64,000 nt of DNA from Hydrolagus colliei (GCA_035084275.1 CM068742.1:113708001-113772000); one strand, 5' to 3'; positions 1 through 10,760 are shown, counted from the first letter of the stretch. Program-made: numbers and translations. The notes: a model not told the origin generated them from the sequence alone.

Positions 1-670
1 CTCGACAATGTGATAAGGCGCAATATCAAACACAAAGAATATTATTATAGTGATAATAATAATTAAAATAATATAATTTGATATTTGGTATTGTGTCTCA
101 TATCCCAAAGAGCTTCACAGGATCTACTGTAAAGTGTAGTAGTTGTGTCTGTTCTCTGGGTGATCGCACCAACTAATTTGGACCCAGCAATGTCCCACAC
201 CAGACATGAAGGATGGAGGGGGTGGTGGGAGGGGGGGTGGGGGGTGAGGGAACGTGGATAAGGATCTAATCCACTGGGGAAACACAATAGCTCCTGTGCT
301 GCTGGCATCCGACTGAGTCACCTAAGGAATGCAGCAGGTCAGAGTTGTCAGATTGGATTAATGCCCTGGAATTTCTCTTCAATTAGCTTTGGGAATTGAG
401 GGAGAAATTTCACGTGAGCCTTTATCTTCCTGATAGCGGAGCTCATAAGTTTGTTCCACTCATTATCATCTCTCGTTCCCACTCCCTCCCTCCCTCCCTC
501 TCTCCCTCCCTCCCACCCACACAACACTCCTCCCAGAGATTGATGGGTCCGTGAGTCACTCACCGTTCACTTAACACTGACAACTATTTGCAATGGAGTT
601 AGACAATCCTATTAGAAATGCAGCAGCACCACTGCAGGATGTAACGGGGTAGGTGTGGCTTGGTTTACAG

Positions 671-861
671 AGCGTTCTCCCCATCGACCGATCCTGCAGG
701 CGGGGCTGCCGGCCAACCAGACCGTGGTGGTGGGCAACGACGCGGAGTTCCACTGCAAGGTCTTCAGTGACGCTCAGCCTCACATCCAGTGGCTCAAGCA
801 CGTGGAGGTGAACGGCAGTAAGGTGGGGGTGGACGGGACGCCCTACGTCATGGTTTTGAAA
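671..861 (+). CDS. FGFR3: FGFR3 IgIIIa exon (191 bp)
   Basis: tttacag|AGCGT...TTGAAA|gtaagt; encodes [64 protein letters not shown]. Confidence 0.96.
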
Positions 862-2219
862 GTAAGTAAGAATTGGGTTTGATCCGAGCAATGGGGAAAC
901 ACCTCTATAGTCATCATCCCCACGTTTATCTGCTTCGAGTATGCAAAGAGTGACTTCTTTAAGGGATGCGAGGTGTCCTCACGTTGGGAGGTGCTTAACA
1001 ACCCTGGCTTGACACCCCGCGAGACGGGGGTAGGAACCGAGGAACATGGGGAGAGGCAAGTGCCAAAGAGGTAATCTTGTGTTGGACCTTGGAAGAGGTG
1101 AAGGAGGCAATGAGTTGGAGGAAGATCCATGGAGATCCAGAGAGCGAGGGAAGAATGGTAACTGGTTAAGGTGGGTAGGGTAGGAGATATGAAGCCAGAA
1201 CCCAAAGGGTAAAATACACGTACCACCACCACCACCCCCCCTCCCCACAACAGACACACATAAACTCCATAGTTTAGCACCCCCCTCTCAGGTTTCCCAC
1301 TGAAACGAACAGAATAAAAATAACGGCGGGAAAGTTTTTTTTTGTCGTACAGACTCTCCTGCATGAGGGGCTGTATATAAATGCAATTTTTTTGTTGTTG
1401 TTTAAGCCCTTTGACTATTATGTTCGAGCTCTAGACATTGAACGCCGAACAAACTCCCTTGTTGTTTTTGCAACGTGAACACTAGGCTCAGAGAACGTCA
1501 CAGGCAACAATCAGGGTCGGGGAAAGTTATAAGCAGGAAATGTTGTGGAATGTGCTCTGTGGCTGTTTGAGAGGATTTTTTCAGTCGCTTGGATGACTCC
1601 AGAGCAGCTAATGACTTCACCCAGGCAATGGTTCCAAACAACCAGCGGAAGGAAGAATTCATTTGAGTTTTTGGAACGACCTTATGATAATAATTATTAT
1701 TAATAACAATCATCATCCCTATGTTTGGTGTAGTAAGTAGCGGCTTTCATGTCGGGAGGATATAGCACTTCACAGGATTTTTCTGTATAGTGCAATAACT
1801 GTTATTTTTCTAGGGAAAAGCAACTGCTAATGTGTACCCAGCAATGTCCCACAAACAGGCTGAAGTCAATGATGATCCCCAGAATAGTTTTGCAGTTGTT
1901 GTAATGATCCTTGCAATTGGAAGCTGTCTTCCCCCCACCTCCCCAATTATTTTTAATAATTGACTTCCAAATTAACACGGATAGTATAATGTGAAAACAT
2001 CTCTGGGCCCTTCACAGAATGTAGTGACTGTGTGTTTGTAACCAATGTTATTTGCATGCGGCGCTGTCTCACACATAACCATGTGGTGAATTTCCTTTTT
2101 TTTTATTAACGTGGATTACTTCCATCCGGTGATACGTTCTGCCGCAGTTGTTAGTTTTTAGACCTTCATGTTGCTGGGAGACTGAGAAGCTGTATGAACA
2201 AAAACAACAATGTGCAGTA

Positions 2220-2390
2220 AAGTGTAAAGTCTTCAGGTTTGATTTGAAGACTAGCAAAGAGGGGGTGTGGGGCAGGGATTGAGGCAGGGAGTTCCAGAGG
2301 TTTGGGGGTGTCGTGGCTGAAAGCACAGCCGCCAGTGGTTTCCAGTAATCCTGAAAGGAGGTCTTTTTCCAGCCTCCTTCCAGGGCAGCA
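2220..2390 (-). mobile_element. L2-clade LINE 3' fragment
   Basis: Minus-strand translation PPNLWNSLPQSL...FKSNLKT is typical of the L2 ORF2 C-terminus. Confidence 0.7.
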
Positions 2391-3066
2391 GGGACTAATA
2401 ATCCTTGCAGTTGATTTGGACTTTATCATTTCACCAAAGCGCTTCACAGAATATACTGTAAAGTGAGTTGACTATATTTTGTGGGAGAAACGTGGCAGCC
2501 AGTTGCATACAATAGGGAACGGCGATATATCGGTATATCGCCAAAACTCGATATGATTTTCATATCGATATGCCGATATAGACATTTTAAAAATATCGAT
2601 ATATCGAAAAACGGTATATCGAGGTAAAAAATCGGGATGCGAGCACAATCAACTACAAGACCCAGAATGCTCATCTCTATACTAGGGAACGGCGATTAAT
2701 CGGTTTTTCGATTAAACCCGATGTGATTTTCACATCGGTATGCCGATATGGTAATTCTAAAAAACCTGTTATATCGAGGGATTCGATTTTAAAAATATAC
2801 ATCGATATATTTTTAATATCGTTCCTGGCAATATATCAATATTGTTGGTATTATCAGTGTAATGCGATCTTTTCCAGCTTACCTTGTCGCCGGCATTGCA
2901 ACCTCCTAGATCTAGAGCATGGAATGCGCGTACATTCGGTGCGCGCGCACAATTAACGGGCGCCCACATCCGATGCGCGCGCACACTTTACTGTGTATAC
3001 TCGACGTGGCGTCTTAACAAAGTCGCATCGCTGAAAATTGTAGTTTGAAAATTTACCTTTCTCATC

Positions 3067-3690
3067 ATGGGGAAAAGAAGCCCCTTATGGGACTACTTTG
3101 AAAACAATGCAGTCAGTAATGGTGTGTATAGATGTACAGTTTGCAAGGTCTTGGTTAAGACATCTGAATCGAGCACGAGCAACCTGCGACATCACATTAA
3201 GCAGCACCACCCCGCCCAGCACGCTGCCCTCAGAGCGAAATCATTGTCGACAACAGCAGGAAGTCGAACCAGCGCTTCGGAGAAAGCGACAGGTAGTGGG
3301 GCCAGTGCAGCTCAAACAATTCCTGCTTTATTTAAGAGGAGAACATTGTACCAGAGAGGGGACAAAAAGTGGCAAAGTATCACGAACGCTGTCACTTTTT
3401 GCATAGCAAAGGAGAGCTTGCCAATGGCGAAGGACATTAATTCAGACTTCAGACTACATAAAAATAAGTGGCATTTTGTGGCTGTAAGTGTTATTTATGT
3501 GTGTGAGAGAGTTAGAAGCCAGATTATCACTGCTTCTATGTGTGTGTCTAGTCAGACACACACAGCAGTGATAATCTGGCTTCTAACTCTTAACAGTCAG
3601 ACTGTCTGTCTCTCTCTTTTCTATTGTAATAGATCTCATTTACACGTGGACATTACATGCTACTTTCAAGCAAGAAATGGAGGAGAATAA
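3067..3690 (+). pseudogene. Truncated hAT transposase ORF: N-terminal BED zinc finger, no DDE catalytic domain
   Basis: RSPLWDYF..CTVC..STSNLRHHIKQHH (BED finger), then KKWQSITNAVTFCIAKESLP (ZBED1/hAT-like); similarity ends near 3425. Confidence 0.85.
3508..3590. repeat. 83-nt inverted repeat (hairpin)
   Basis: AGAGTTAGAAGCCAGATTATCACTGCT (3508-3534) is the exact reverse complement of 3564-3590; inner TGTGTGTCT/AGACACACA stem around an AGTC loop. Confidence 0.9.
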
Positions 3691-3729
3691 ATCTCTAGAT
3701 TTTGTTTTTGGTGTGTGTGTGTTCTATTT

Positions 3730-4320
3730 TGAGAGAAGGAGAGGGGGAAAGTTGTGAGAGAAGGAGAAAGGAAGAGAGGAGAGGGAGGGAGAGAATGAGA
3801 GGGGGAAAGGAGGGAGAGAAGGAGCGAGGGGAAAGGAGGGAGGGAGGGAGAGAGGGGAGGGAGAGAAGGAGAGGGGGAAAGTTGGGAGAGGAGAGAGGAA
3901 GAGAGAAGAAGGAGGGAGAGAATGAGAGGGTGAAAGGAGGGAGAGAAGGAGCGAGGGGACAGGAGGGAGAGAAGGAGCGAGGGGAAAGGAGGGAGAGAAG
4001 GAGAGAGGGGAAAGGAGGGAGAGAAGGAGAGAGGGGAGGGAGGGAGAGGGGGAAAGTTGGGAGAGAAGGAGAGAGGAAGAGAGGAGAGGGAGGGAGAGAA
4101 GGAGAGGGGGAAAGGAGGGAGAGGAGACAGGGAGAGTGGAGGGGGAGGGAGAGAAGGAGAGGGGAAAGGAGGGAGAGAGGGAGGGAGAGAAGGAGAGAGG
4201 GGAAGGAGAGAGGGGAGGGTGGGAGGGGGGGAGAGTGGAGGGGGAGGGAGAGAAGGAGAGGGGAAAGGAGGGAGAGAAGGAGAGAGGAGAGGAGGGAGAG
4301 AAGGAGAGGGGGAGGTAGGG
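3730..4320 (+). repeat. Polypurine (G/A) degenerate minisatellite inside the inner hAT
   Basis: Repeated GGAGGGAGAGAAGGAGAGGGG units; explains the overlapping low-complexity ORFs. Confidence 0.9.
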
Positions 4321-4699
4321 AGCAAACAACATCGTATAATTCAACAGACCTTGACACCAACATTACAAACTTTCTGGACCCAGAGCACGCATTTCGAAAT
4401 GTGCGTGCACCGCGACTGCGCGCGCATCGTCAGTGCGGACGCACCGCGACTGAGCGCGCGCACCGCGACTGAGCGCGCACCATAAATGCGCGCGCGCCAT
4501 CAATGCACGCGCACTTCGAATGCACGCGCATGTGCAGTATAAAAACTCGATAGATCGGTTTAAGCAGGTATGAGCCAACCGATATAACCATATCCGGAAA
4601 AATCCCATATCGCCGTTCCCTACTCTATACACAATGCACAGACCGAGGTGCAAAGCCGCCATTTTGTATTCATAGTCCTCGAATACAATATATAGGTAT

Positions 4700-5170
4700 G
4701 CAAGGGGTGGGGGGAGAGAGACGGCTGTGGGTGGGGGGTGGGTGAGGGGGAGAGAGACTGCTGGGGAGGGGGGTGAGGGGGAGAGAGACGGCTGGGGGGA
4801 AGGGGAGATAGACGGCTGGGGGGGGGAGAGGGGGAGAGAGACGGCTGGGGGTGGGGGGAGAGGGGAGAGAGACGGCTGGGGGGGGAGAGAGACGGCTTGG
4901 GGGGGGGGAAGAGGGAGAGAGACGGCTGTGGGGGAGAGGGGGAGAAAGATGGCTGGGGGGGAGAGGGGGAGAGAGACGGCTGTGGGGGGGAGAGGGAGAG
5001 AGAGACGGCTGGGGGGGGAGAGGGGGAGAGAGACGGCGGTGGGGGGGAGGAGAGGGGGAGAGAGAGACGGCGGTGGGGGGGAGGAGAGGGGGAGAGAGAC
5101 GGCGGGGGGGGGGAGGGAGAAAGAGAGGGACGGCGGGGTGGAGGGGGGGGCGGGAGAGACGGGGTGGATG
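4700..5170 (+). repeat. G-run minisatellite (GAGAGACGGCTG(G)n) inside the outer hAT
   Basis: Many tandem GAGAGACGGC(T/G)G units followed by long G tracts. Confidence 0.9.
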
Positions 5171-5655
5171 TGATAATATACAGATAGATAAAGATGGAGG
5201 GGGATAGGAGAGAGGGAGAGAGACATAGAGAGACACAGACAGAAAAACACAGAGATGGAGAGAGTGAGAGACACAGAGAGAGAAAGATATTTACCTCCTG
5301 AGAAGATAGGCTCCGAATGCGCGCGCACCCGGAATGCGCGCGCACTCCAATGCGCGCGCGCATGCGCAGTACGAAAAAACTAAAAATATCGATATTTCGC
5401 TATATCTCGATATGAGCCAACCGATATATCCATATCCGGAAAATTCCCATATCGCCGTTCCCTAGCATACAACAGTGTCCCACAAACAGTCGTAGAGTGA
5501 GTGCTCAAATTATTATTTAATTGTTATTAAAAAAAAATTTGGAAGGGATTATTAACCCCAGAAAATGATCCATTAATTGGGTTTGGTTTGCTGGCTGGGT
5601 GTAGTTAGCACGGCACATGAGATGATAACGGCTCTGTGTGATCTGTCCCCTGCAG

Positions 5656-5806
5656 TCGTGGATAAGTAATACCGCTGAAGCAAACGTTAAGCTCCTTCTT
5701 TACAATGTGACAGAACAGGACCAGGGCGAGTATCTATGTAGAGCCACCAATTTCGTTGGCTCGGCTGAAAAGCCCTTCTGGCTATACGTCGCTGAGCCGA
5801 AACCAG
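5656..5806 (+). CDS. FGFR3: FGFR3 alternative exon IIIb (151 bp)
   Basis: ctgcag|TCGTGG...AAACCAG|gtaaac; SWISNTAEANVKLLLYNVTEQDQGEYLCRATNFVGSAEKPFWLYVAEPKP resembles FGFR3 IIIb. Confidence 0.92.
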
Positions 5807-6974
5807 GTAAACGTGAAACTCTGTCCCAGGCACTGGAATCCCAAAACCTGACCTTTGTAACCTCCTCCTCCTCCTCATCACAACCACCTCCAACTCCTCC
5901 TCCTCCACTCTGGATCAAGCAAAACTATTCACCCCAACTGCTGCAAACTTCCCAGCCAAATCTAGAGTAACCTTTTGCTTTGCTTTGCCTGCCTTATCTG
6001 CTGCTTGTAATATTGGAAAGTTCCTACAGTATGAGAGGACTGCATTCTTCCCCTCTACCCCTGGCCCCCAAATTCCTCATGTTCTTAAAGCCTTGGGACT
6101 GTCACCTTAAAAGCTATTTGTGCATATATGGATGGTGTGTGTGGGCGGTGGGAGTGGGAGTTGGTGCAGCAATTTTTGTGCTAATTCTTCAACACAGCCT
6201 GAATTCTGAATCTGCGCAGCTCTTAATAACAATAATAATAATAATAATAATCCTTGCATTTGATATAGTGCCTTATCACATCATTGAGATGCCTTGAAGC
6301 ACAAATGATACTGTAAAATAAATTGACTGTACATTTTGGGGACGTCTTAAAGTACAACCTTAATTTTAAAAGATCATATTCTTTAAGACCCATCTTTCAA
6401 AATTTTGCACAGGCTGACGTTTCTACAGCAACGGTCTCAGGGCTAAACCCAGGTTGAATTTGGGGGCCTGATTGTTATGTTCTCTATTTCCACCCCTTTT
6501 TGTATTTTAATCCCACTCTAGAAACGACAGGCACCGGTTATGTTGCCAGCTCCTATGCTTTTACCTCATCACACCTTGGTCCCTAAACTACTACCCTCCT
6601 TCTTTATCCTAACCTCCCCTCTCCCTTTATCCTAACTCTTCCTCTCCGCCTTAAACTCTACCACTCCGGTCTGAGCAGACAGACCGACACTTTATTGTTG
6701 GCTGGCTGGCTGAAGCAATCAATTGTACGTCATTTTTCAGAGCTAACATGCTTGCTTAACAATGGGACAGAGAGAGTGAGAGCCTGGTGAAGGGGAACAT
6801 TTGGTTGACTTAATGTGCAGGTCACGAATAAACTTGCTGTCAGGTTGGTGGCGGGAAGGTTCATTAACCAAGGTGCTCTACTTCCTGTTCCATCTCAGTG
6901 TCTCAACTGGTGGTTTGGTTTGATTGGTTCTCCTTCTGTCCTTTCTGTTTGGTGTCTTTTTTTTCCCCCTGTAG

Positions 6975-7119
6975 ACGGCTGGTATTAACACTACGGATAA
7001 AGAAATAGAAATTCTGTACTTGCGAAATGTAACTTTTGAGGATGCGGGGGAGTATACCTGTTTGGCTGGTAATTCTATCGGTTATTCCCATCATTCTGCA
7101 TGGCTCACCGTACTGCCAG
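6975..7119 (+). CDS. FGFR3: FGFR3 alternative exon IIIc (145 bp)
   Basis: ctgtag|ACGGCT...CTGCCAG|gtattt; [48 protein letters not shown]. Confidence 0.96.
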
Positions 7120-7708
7120 GTATTTCCGCTCTTTCATTGCTCTTCCGGGTTGTGGTGGGTGTCTGTCTCTCCTGGGGCTTGAGATTTCTTGCTTCCTCAT
7201 ACTGTCTGCCTCCCGTGTAAATTGTTCAAAGGGAAATGCAGCATCAGGTCCCTTTCCCTTTTGCTGTTGTTTAATTTCTGTTCCTTATACTCATCTTGCT
7301 CCTTCTCCGTCCATCCATCCATCTCCTCCACCGCTTCCCTTCTCATCCCTCCATCTCCCTCTTTCCTCCAGGAACATAACATCCCACGATGTGACAATTA
7401 TTGCTCACATACCTGCCCCCCCCCACCCTCCCCCCAAACTTCTGTTTGGATGACATTGATGTTTATAGCCTATGGACCTATGTGTCACCTAAGAGGTGAC
7501 GTCCCATTCTCTCAGTGGGATGAGCTCCTTCACAGGTGGGAAGGAAAACCAGGCATGGCCCTCAATCCCTTCGTACACAACCTTGTGTGAAGTAGTCTTT
7601 CCCCCCTCCCACTCACTCCTGTCTGTTTCTCCAGCCCCCCCCCCAAATTTATGCTTGTGTGTATCTAATGTGTTGAGGGGTGGGACCAGAGGTGATGGTA
7701 CTGCCCAG

Positions 7709-7740
7709 TGCAGGATACAGTGCCGCCAGTAGGTGGCGTG
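7709..7740 (+). promoter_or_regulatory. Candidate CTCF site
   Basis: Core CCAGTAGGTGGCG (7726-7738) closely matches the CTCF consensus, with TGCAG 17 bp upstream like the ZF9-11 motif; motif match only. Confidence 0.5.
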
Positions 7741-8061
7741 CTGATCTCCTCGCTCCACAGCGGCATGTGAGAGAGACACAGGTGAACATTTCACCTCTTG
7801 ACCGTTCAGACAATGGTGTGGCTTTCTCCTTCGCATGCTGAAGTGAACCCCTCGCTGACAGGTTCTCTGTCGCAGTGAGTCACTGGCTCGGTGCCAGAGA
7901 TAGCAGCGGGCCATTGGGGTGAACAGATCTGCCAAGATCTGATGAATTGGTGGAACAGACAGGCTCGATGGGCTGTAATGGCTTCCTCCTGCTCCTGTTT
8001 TCCAAGAGAGTTTTGCTGCCTCTTTAACCTTGTATCTTGCTAACAACTGCCTTGCCCGCAG

Positions 8062-8249
8062 CAGAAGAGCTAGTGAAGGAGGATAACACGGGGTCAGTCT
8101 ATGCCGACGTCCTCATCTACGTGACTGGCTGCATCCTTATCATACTGACTGTCATCATAGTCATCATGTGCAGAATGAGGACATCCTCCAAGAAAGCTCT
8201 GAACCCACCTCCAGTCCAGAAGCTCTCCAAATTCCCACTCAGGAGACAG
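8062..8249 (+). CDS. FGFR3: FGFR3 transmembrane exon (alternative GA donor would extend it to 8255)
   Basis: cgcag|CAGAAG...AGACAG|gtatca; AEELVKEDNTGSVYADVLIYVTGCILIILTVIIVIMCRMRTSSKKALNPPPVQKLSKFPLRRQ. Confidence 0.94.
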
Positions 8250-8589
8250 GTATCAGAAAGTAGATACAAGAGTTCAGACCATCTTACAACAATAACTCGT
8301 ATTTATATGTTATATATATATTTTTTTCAACTACACCAGATACCCGATACACCTATCCTCCTCAACCCCCCATCCTAGCCACTGGTTTCCCAATTCCACA
8401 CTAGCTCGACTTCAAGATCCTCATCTTCACATCCCTTCACTTTTCACCCCTCAAGCCTTGAGATTTCAACAACATCAACAACTTTGATTTATATAGCGCC
8501 CTTCACGCCGGATGGTGTCTCAGAGCGCTTCACAATAGCGGATCTCGGGACCGAGCCAGGGGCAGGGGTAGAAAGAAATTGTACTCATA

Positions 8590-9120
8590 GGAACATGGGA
8601 ATCGTTTGATGAAAAAGCCCAAAGTCTATCTGGTTTCCCCTACTACCATCCTCATAGTCATACGCTACAATAATGGGGATGTTGTTAGCAATAAATTCTG
8701 TATGGATTCGACTACAATAGAGTGGGAACCGTAGATCCAAAGTTGCCTGGTCCTTTCAAGCATACTACACTTACTATATGTCATGTCTCAAATTACTTCC
8801 ATATTGCATCAAAAATATTAATTTCTAAAAATAAATTTATCTATTTGGATAAATCAACATTTTTGACTTTCACCGTCTTCCTAGAGAGGCTGTTCCATAG
8901 ATTTACCGCTGTCTCACTGAAATAGTGTATCCTGCAGATAAGTTTTGAATTCACCCCCACTTCATTCTCTGGCGGTGTCTCTGGTTCTATGTTTTGGACA
9001 CTCCCTCCCTTCCAAATCCTCTTTAATCATACCTTTGGTCAACACCCTCATAGCTCCCCTGACTTTCCTCCCTGCTCCTTGATCTCCAGCATCTCTGTGA
9101 AGTATCTCAAGGCATTCATT
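8590..9120 (-). mobile_element. Decayed CR1-like LINE 3' fragment
   Basis: Reverse complement near 8887-8907 reads GGTAAATCTATGGAACAGCCT (VNLWNSL); boundaries approximate. Confidence 0.5.
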
Positions 9121-9715
9121 CTACATGAACAACACTATAAATTTGCTAACAACAAGTTTACAGTTTACATAGTGCCCTTCATGCAGGATAGCATCTCAGA
9201 CAGCTGTAAAAATGTTTGCGGAGTGGGAGGGCTGTTGGGGAGGATGAACAGTGAGATACCTTCTTTATATTAATAAGCATTTAATTCATCCTCTAGTTGT
9301 AACATCTTATTGGTCACTGGTGAGTGGTGTTTGCGAGCAGGTACGTGGAGTAATTCCAAGGCTCGGGAAACTCTCTCTCCAAATTTCAAACTACTCTTCC
9401 TCTCTTTGCCTGTTTTTGGTTAAGATTGTGCTTAATATAGAAAGGGACTGCGCCATATTTCATAACAAATTCCGCAGGTGTAATTGTCAATAAATTCAAG
9501 TATGTCCACCTCCCCCCTCTTCCCCCCCCCCACCACCACCACCACCCACCCCTCCCCAGCACCACCAGTATTTCAGCACAATAGTTGAGTCTGCAAATCC
9601 TGCCCCTCACATTTCAGATTGTAACCAAGTAGGATGGCGTTCCTAACTTGGAAGGTCGTTGCCAGTAACTTACACTGATCGGTAACAAATGTGAATTGTT
9701 TTTTCATTCAAGCAG

Positions 9716-9861
9716 GTGTCCTTGGAATCCAATTCCTCCATGAATTCCAACACGCCACTCGTACGCATAACCCGCCTGTCCTCCAGCGACTCCCCCATGT
9801 TGGCCAACGTCTCAGAGTTCGAGCTGCCCGCAGATCCCAAGTGGGAGTTTCAACGCTCCAG
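9716..9861 (+). CDS. FGFR3: FGFR3 juxtamembrane exon (146 bp)
   Basis: aagcag|GTGTCC...TCCAG|gttatt; [48 protein letters not shown]. Confidence 0.95.
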
Positions 9862-10261
9862 GTTATTGAATACTCATGTTAATACCGATTGAAAAAATAA
9901 GCATATTTCTCCTCTCCCCCCCCCCCCCCAACACCCCCCCCCAACACCCCCCCCCCCCCCACCACACACACACATCACTCTCCAGATAAAGTGAGTTGGT
10001 GTTGCTGAGAGAATGTGTTTGAGAGGAAGAGAGACAGGCACTGAAACAGATAAGAGTATGAGAGACGGAGATTATGAGAAAGAGACTGAGAGAGAGACTA
10101 AGACTAAGAAAGATTTAAGACACAGAAAGAGAGAGTGCTGCCTTTGTCTGCAAAATCCCTACGCTCCACAGCCAACTCTGAAAGGTTTTGATGTGTAAAC
10201 TGTGTTATATCAATGCAAAGATGATTTTATTGATTATTGTTGTTTAATGTTCCGTTTCCAG

Positions 10262-10383
10262 GTTGACGTTGGGGAAACCACTAGGTGAGGGCTGCTTTGG
10301 GCAGGTGGTGATGGCTGAGGCCATTGGCATTCAGAGGGAGAAGCCCAACAAACCAATAACTGTCGCTGTCAAAATGCTGAAAG
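10262..10383 (+). CDS. FGFR3: FGFR3 kinase exon with Gly-rich loop and VAVK lysine (122 bp)
   Basis: ttccag|GTTGAC...AAAG|gtgaga; [40 protein letters not shown]. Confidence 0.97.
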
Positions 10384-10397
10384 GTGAGAGGCTTTAC

Positions 10398-10760
10398 CAA
10401 CAACAAATAACGTGTACAATGCCTTTCACATCAGGAGGACGTCGTAAGCTGCTGAACAGTCAGGGATTTGGTCCCGAGCTGGGTGTTGGGATCAGGAGGG
10501 GTGGAGAGCAGGGAGTGTGAGGGTAGGAGGGTAACCGAAGGCGCAGTTGAAGAGGAGGGTCTTGAGACCTACTTTGAAGGGTGCAAGGGAGGGAGCAAGA
10601 TAAAGGGAATGGGGGATGGACTTCCAAAGGTGGAGGCCGAGAATATGATGGTTGGCCAGGTCGTATGGGGTTGATGGAGCAGGCTAGAGCGGAGGTACTG
10701 AACATATCGGTGAGGATCAGAGAGTGACACTCATCAGGTAGCCTTGGGTGTGGGGGCTGG
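10398..10760 (-). mobile_element. L2-clade LINE 3' end
   Basis: (CAA)n tail and gcctttcacatcaggaggacg 3' motif shared with other L2 copies, followed by ORF2 C-terminal remnant. Confidence 0.7.

Larger units (their letters stand above)
2683..4622 (+). mobile_element. Internally deleted hAT transposon nested in the outer element
   Basis: Same TIR (TAGGGAACGGCGAT at 2683; ATCGCCGTTCCCTA ending 4622); perfect 8-bp TSD CTCTATAC at 2675-2682 and 4623-4630; carries a BED-finger ORF. Confidence 0.93.
2513..5464. mobile_element. Non-autonomous hAT DNA transposon (outer element, about 1 kb of its own sequence)
   Basis: TIR TAGGGAACGGCGATAT at 2513 and its reverse complement ending at 5464; perfect 8-bp TSD GCATACAA at 2505-2512 and 5465-5472. 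Confidence 0.93.
2396..5610 (-). mobile_element. Deu-type SINE split by the nested hAT (SINE parts about 2396-2512 and 5473-5610)
   Basis: SINE sequence ...gcagccagttgcatacaa|cagtgtcccacaaacagtcgt... rejoins once the hAT and one TSD copy are removed. Confidence 0.8.

Noticed and set aside
3666-5363. Many long ORFs (140-320 aa) on both strands
   Set aside because: Pro/Ser/Leu or Gly/Glu/Arg low-complexity translations of purine-rich minisatellites that lack stop codons
8727-8745. AACCGTAGATCCAAAGTTG resembles mature miR-99/100
   Set aside because: The seed has a deletion, no convincing precursor hairpin is visible, and it lies in a decayed CR1-like fragment; likely chance
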